DNA of 61,164 nt, taken from positions 1 to 61,164 of the IMG/VR virus record IMGVR_UViG_3300020477_000024, one strand, 5' to 3'. How positions within the stretch are numbered: the first letter of the stretch is position 1; every line of letters begins with the position of its first letter. Source of the stretch: a virus (Duplodnaviria > Caudoviricetes). Positions 57,887 to 61,164 of the stretch are shown in pieces. The position numbers were made by a program, and so were the translations under genes. Under the pieces are notes generated by a model, which saw only the letters and a program-made list of their open reading frames with translations, did no database searches and was not told the origin of the DNA.

Positions 57887-59095
57887 TCAGAATGGGATGT
57901 CTTCTTTATCGACTGACGATGTTACTTCAGCATCAACCTTCTCATACAAGTCTTTGAATGCTTCTTTGGTTTCATCATCAAACCGAGCAATACACAATTC
58001 GATTGCTTTGATACGAACCTTACCCACGTCTTTGCTAGTGTTCTGAAAAATGGAATAGGCATTTGCTATATGAACCAATCGTCTGGTGGAAATTATTTCG
58101 TCAATTCCACCATCATAAAAAGTCTTACGAATCATATCTGCCCAATCGACTAGGTTTTTAGCAAAACCATCATCAGCAATACCTTTAGAAGCAAATTCAC
58201 CTTGCAAGATTTTAGTCTCAACTGCAACAGACGGATATTCCTGTTCCATAGTAATTGAGAATCTCTCAAGGAATGCTTCATTAAGAATGTTAGTTCCAAC
58301 AAAAGCACCAGAGTCTGAACCTTTGCCTTTAGTATTGGCAGTAGCAATCACTGTAAAACCATCTGCTGGTCGAACCCACTGATTAATCTTTTTGAGATAG
58401 ACACCCTTACCTTCAAGCACTGGTTGTAGACACAAAATTTTATTGGATGCTAGGTCAACTTCGTCCAACAAAAGAACAGCACCACTTTCCATTGCTTCGA
58501 CCACAGGGCCCTTGTGGAACTTGGTTTCACCATTTTCCAATCTGAATCCACCAAGCAAATCATCTTCATCAGTCTCAATAGTAATGTTGACACGAACCAT
58601 CTCACGTTTGAGATTGGCACAAACATTTTCGACCATCAAGGTTTTTCCATTGCCACTCAGACCAGTGATAAAGATTGGGAAAAACATACCCGACTTGACC
58701 ACGTTCTCTACGTCCTTGTAATGACCATGCTTGACAAAGTTTGGTGTTGCTTCAGGTATCATCGACAGACGATGTACCACAGGGGAAGTACTCTCAACAT
58801 TGTTCTCAATTTTTTTCTGAGAAATTTTTTGAGATTTTTTCGTAGGAACTTTACTTACCTTGACTGTCTTTTTGGTTTCTTTCTTTGGTACAGAATTTTC
58901 TAACAGACTTGCATCAGGAATTGTAAATAATCCACCACCTAATTTGAAATCATCATTTTGCATAATCCACCATGCTGGTGCAAGACCATGCTTGGCACAT
59001 GCTTTTGTAATCTCAGATTGTCTCAGAGTTTTTGCATTGGGATGTTCGGTAAGAATAGCAGTGAGAGATTCAATTCGTTTGGCAGTCATTTTCAT
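57887..59095 (-). CDS. cobS: CobS/MoxR-type AAA+ ATPase of T4-like phages
   Basis: TGLSGNGKT, RVNIT.ETDEDDL.GGFRL, LLDEVD, ATANTKG.G, NEAFLERF and STRRL motifs. Confidence 0.88.
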   Translation of the reverse strand: MKMTAKRIESLTAILTEHPNAKTLRQSEITKACAKHGLAPAWWIMQNDDFKLGGGLFTIPDASLLENSVPKKETKKTVKVSKVPTKKSQKISQKKIENNVESTSPVVHRLSMIPEATPNFVKHGHYKDVENVVKSGMFFPIFITGLSGNGKTLMVENVCANLKREMVRVNITIETDEDDLLGGFRLENGETKFHKGPVVEAMESGAVLLLDEVDLASNKILCLQPVLEGKGVYLKKINQWVRPADGFTVIATANTKGKGSDSGAFVGTNILNEAFLERFSITMEQEYPSVAVETKILQGEFASKGIADDGFAKNLVDWADMIRKTFYDGGIDEIISTRRLVHIANAYSIFQNTSKDVGKVRIKAIELCIARFDDETKEAFKDLYEKVDAEVTSSVDKEDIPF

Positions 59096-59207
59096 AATCT
59101 AATTGTATTCCTTTTGGAAAAGGTTAATCGTTGGTTTGCCTATTTAGCAAACTAGTAGGTTACTGAAAAGGGATTCCTTGTTGGGTTGACTGTCTTTTTG
59201 CCAACCC

Positions 59208-59262
59208 AACCCTTACCCCTTACACTATATTAGACGCACGAACCACTTGAAAGGTTTAGGTT
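59208..59262 (-). promoter_or_regulatory. Repeated ECF-sigma-like promoter, copy 2
   Basis: CCTAAACCTTT...GTGCGTCTAA followed by TGTAAGGGGTAAGGG, upstream of cobS. Confidence 0.65.
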
Positions 59263-59574
59263 ATTTTCATTTTTATTTAAACTTTTTTTTGGATTGGGGT
59301 CAACAATCACACAACCCAACGTGATGGTAGTGCCATGCTCTAATGCCAATCGAACAGCACTCAGTACTACATGGTCGAACTTGGTTAGGTCAGTGCTTGA
59401 GGTGATTGTCTCAACAGTCCAATCAGATAAGTCATGCACCTCAATCGGTGTAGTTACTTCTATGCGATTCAGTGAAACTTTCTTAGACCTTGCGTTTTGG
59501 TGTGCTTCCCACCTGCGTGCCTGTGCTTGACTTTTAAATCTCATATGTGCTTTTTCTCCGTTTGTGAATTTCAT
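59230..59574 (-). CDS. Hypothetical protein
   Basis: Likely start MKFTNG at 59574 with AGGAG RBS. Confidence 0.65.
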   Translation of the reverse strand: MKFTNGEKAHMRFKSQAQARRWEAHQNARSKKVSLNRIEVTTPIEVHDLSDWTVETITSSTDLTKFDHVVLSAVRLALEHGTTITLGCVIVDPNPKKSLNKNENNLNLSSGSCV

Positions 59575-59629
59575 GTTCTCTCCTAATGATTTAAAATTAT
59601 CTAACCGATTTCTCAACCTTACAATACAT

Positions 59630-59658
59630 ATTATACCACATGGTCAAGTCAAAGTCAA
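59630..59658 (-). promoter_or_regulatory. Sigma70-type promoter (extended -10)
   Basis: TTGACT-17 nt-TATAAT with TGTGG before the -10 and A-tracts upstream. Confidence 0.8.
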
Positions 59659-59707
59659 GGTTGTTTTCACTTTTTTTTAAACTTTTTTTGTGTGTGCCAT
59701 AATTCTA

Positions 59708-59854
59708 TTGCCCCTTCGCAATGCCAACACCTATTTAGACGCACTGGGTTTAGAAAGGTTTAGGTCAAAATGCATTTTTTTTAAAGTTTTTTTGTGGGTG
59801 TGGTGTGCAGAAAATCATACAGGTGTTGGCAGACATGCGAAGGGGAATGGGCAA
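59708..59854. repeat. Imperfect long inverted repeat
   Basis: CCCCTTCGCA / TGCGAAGGGG and TGCCAACACCT / AGGTGTTGGCA arms around about 88 nt. Confidence 0.75.
59735..59766 (-). promoter_or_regulatory. Repeated ECF-sigma-like promoter, copy 3
   Basis: CCTAAACCTTT...GTGCGTCTAA, spacer 1 nt shorter than in copies 1 and 2. Confidence 0.6.
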
Positions 59855-59985
59855 GTCATGATTTGCAACTTCGGGTGTGCTAAGAACCGCAGAGAATTAT
59901 ATTTATTTTACGTTTTTCCAAATATGCACCAAATGGGGCAGATCTCTCCAAATGTTGGAAAGTTGCCCCATACGGTACGAAAGGT

Positions 59986-60498
59986 TTATTTCCAGAGAGG
60001 AATATCAACCTTGTGCCACATATCAGTTTTATAGACATGTTCGACAAATTCTTTATACCTTTTGTAATCTGGATTCCTTCTATTTTTTATGATATTGATT
60101 TCTGTCCGAATATTATATTTTCTCTGTTCTTTTTCAGACAAATTTCTTACAACCCAATCATTAGACTTAATATCAGGATAAATATCATCGTCCATCATTA
60201 CAAATCCATGAACTATATCAGTGAACCCATGATAATCACAATAATTATCAGGATTGGTAAAATTCTTACAATATAGTTCAGGAAACATATCACCTTCTTT
60301 ATGAGTCCAATGCGTTTCATCAGGACAAACAAATATCTCATTACAACCCAAGCATCTAACTCGAAAAGACCTAACCGTTATTCCTTCTTTATAATAGGTC
60401 GGATACAGATCAATTTTTTCTGGTAGATTATAATTTAGATCATTAGCAGATATAGTTGAATCCACTTCTTTCATGATTGTCTCATTAATTTCAAACAT
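59986..60498 (-). CDS. Hypothetical protein with Cys motifs
   Basis: 170 aa; CLGC and further Cys; AAGGA RBS. Confidence 0.65.
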   Translation of the reverse strand: MFEINETIMKEVDSTISANDLNYNLPEKIDLYPTYYKEGITVRSFRVRCLGCNEIFVCPDETHWTHKEGDMFPELYCKNFTNPDNYCDYHGFTDIVHGFVMMDDDIYPDIKSNDWVVRNLSEKEQRKYNIRTEINIIKNRRNPDYKRYKEFVEHVYKTDMWHKVDIPLWK

Positions 60499-60512
60499 TA
60501 TATTATATCCTT

Positions 60513-60926
60513 TTATCTAGGAAGCATCATACCATCTCTAAAATTCTGTGGAAGTTTAGGTTTCCGCAACCACCGTTTCTTGACACTTTCACTAAAGTCA
60601 ATCAATTCTCGATTTTCACTTATATACCACCAATTTCCTACTTTGCATCTAAGTTTCCATTGAGATTCAATTGCTTTTAATGCTTTATTGATTGCCACTT
60701 GCTTATGACAAGTGTTATTAGGAGGAATATGTTCACCTAAAGTATCAATCATAACCATATCATGCTCTAGTTCCCATTTCACTATTGGTTTTTTTTCATC
60801 AGTCCGAGAATGAAAAATTTTCCAACAATTTAAATCTGAAGAAACTTCATAATCTATCCAAGCATTCTCTTTTTCTATATTGATTGTAAAATTTCTCTGT
60901 TTCAACAACCAATCAATTCTATCCAT
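60513..60926 (-). CDS. Hypothetical protein
   Basis: 137 aa; AAGGA RBS. Confidence 0.65.
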   Translation of the reverse strand: MDRIDWLLKQRNFTINIEKENAWIDYEVSSDLNCWKIFHSRTDEKKPIVKWELEHDMVMIDTLGEHIPPNNTCHKQVAINKALKAIESQWKLRCKVGNWWYISENRELIDFSESVKKRWLRKPKLPQNFRDGMMLPR

Positions 60927-60945
60927 ATTAAATTCCTTTTTTTGT

Positions 60946-61164
60946 CTAACCTAATATCTGCCATAGGTATTGCTTGCCATCTCTCATAAGTTTCATGAAG
61001 TCATATCTTAGTATGTCATTGAAACCTTTATTGCGTTCTACGTTGATAGCATATGCAGTTGGTTTAGTTTTTTTCAGGGTTGGGTCATCCTGTGCAAATG
61101 GTGGTTTGATGTCATTGATTAGGATTCTTTCCTCACTACCTAGATCAAAAATGATATGATGATA
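60946..61164 (-). CDS. C-terminal part of a gene, possibly a HAD-like phosphatase
   Basis: Hand translation YHIIFDLGSEERILINDIKP...TAYAINVERNKG..., open from the window edge to TAG at 60946. Confidence 0.5.
   Translation of the reverse strand, partial: YHHIIFDLGSEERILINDIKPPFAQDDPTLKKTKPTAYAINVERNKGFNDILRYDFMKLMRDGKQYLWQILG

Noticed and set aside
1-61164. Alternative genetic code
   Set aside because: Core genes are full length in the standard code, and TAA, TAG and TGA all act as stops.
1-61164. tRNA genes, introns, inteins, homing endonucleases
   Set aside because: No cloverleaf, interrupted core gene or diagnostic motif recognised by eye.

Overview
This window is an AT-rich fragment of a large T4-like (myovirus) phage genome read in the standard bacterial code. 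Bases 1-37.2 kb (minus strand) hold the tail-fibre and baseplate module: gp48, gp53, a hub protein, gp5, PAAR, gp25, gp6, gp7, gp8, a DUF4815-type virion protein and several fibres. Bases 37.3-43.3 kb (plus strand) hold gp4, gp2, gp54, gp26/gp51 and a tape-measure-like gene. Bases 43.4-61.2 kb (minus strand) hold gp32, gp33, an exonuclease, a GH108 lysin, an HldE kinase, ThyX, a Mom-like GNAT, a CobS-type AAA ATPase and many small accessory genes. The main discovery candidate is an apparent animal-style collagen-modification cassette in the fibre operon. It comprises a UDP-glucose 4-epimerase, a 2333-aa fibre with Lys-rich G-X-K collagen repeats, two COLGALT-like GT25 enzymes, a GT4 fused to a PLOD-type lysyl hydroxylase, and an FkbM methyltransferase. 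Other notable signals are a phage-encoded flagellin next to YjfB-like and SemiSWEET genes, two well-formed -1 frameshift signals, three copies of an ECF-sigma-like promoter, and host-like genes suggesting a Poribacteria-type host. All family assignments come from motif recognition by eye; no database searches were run.
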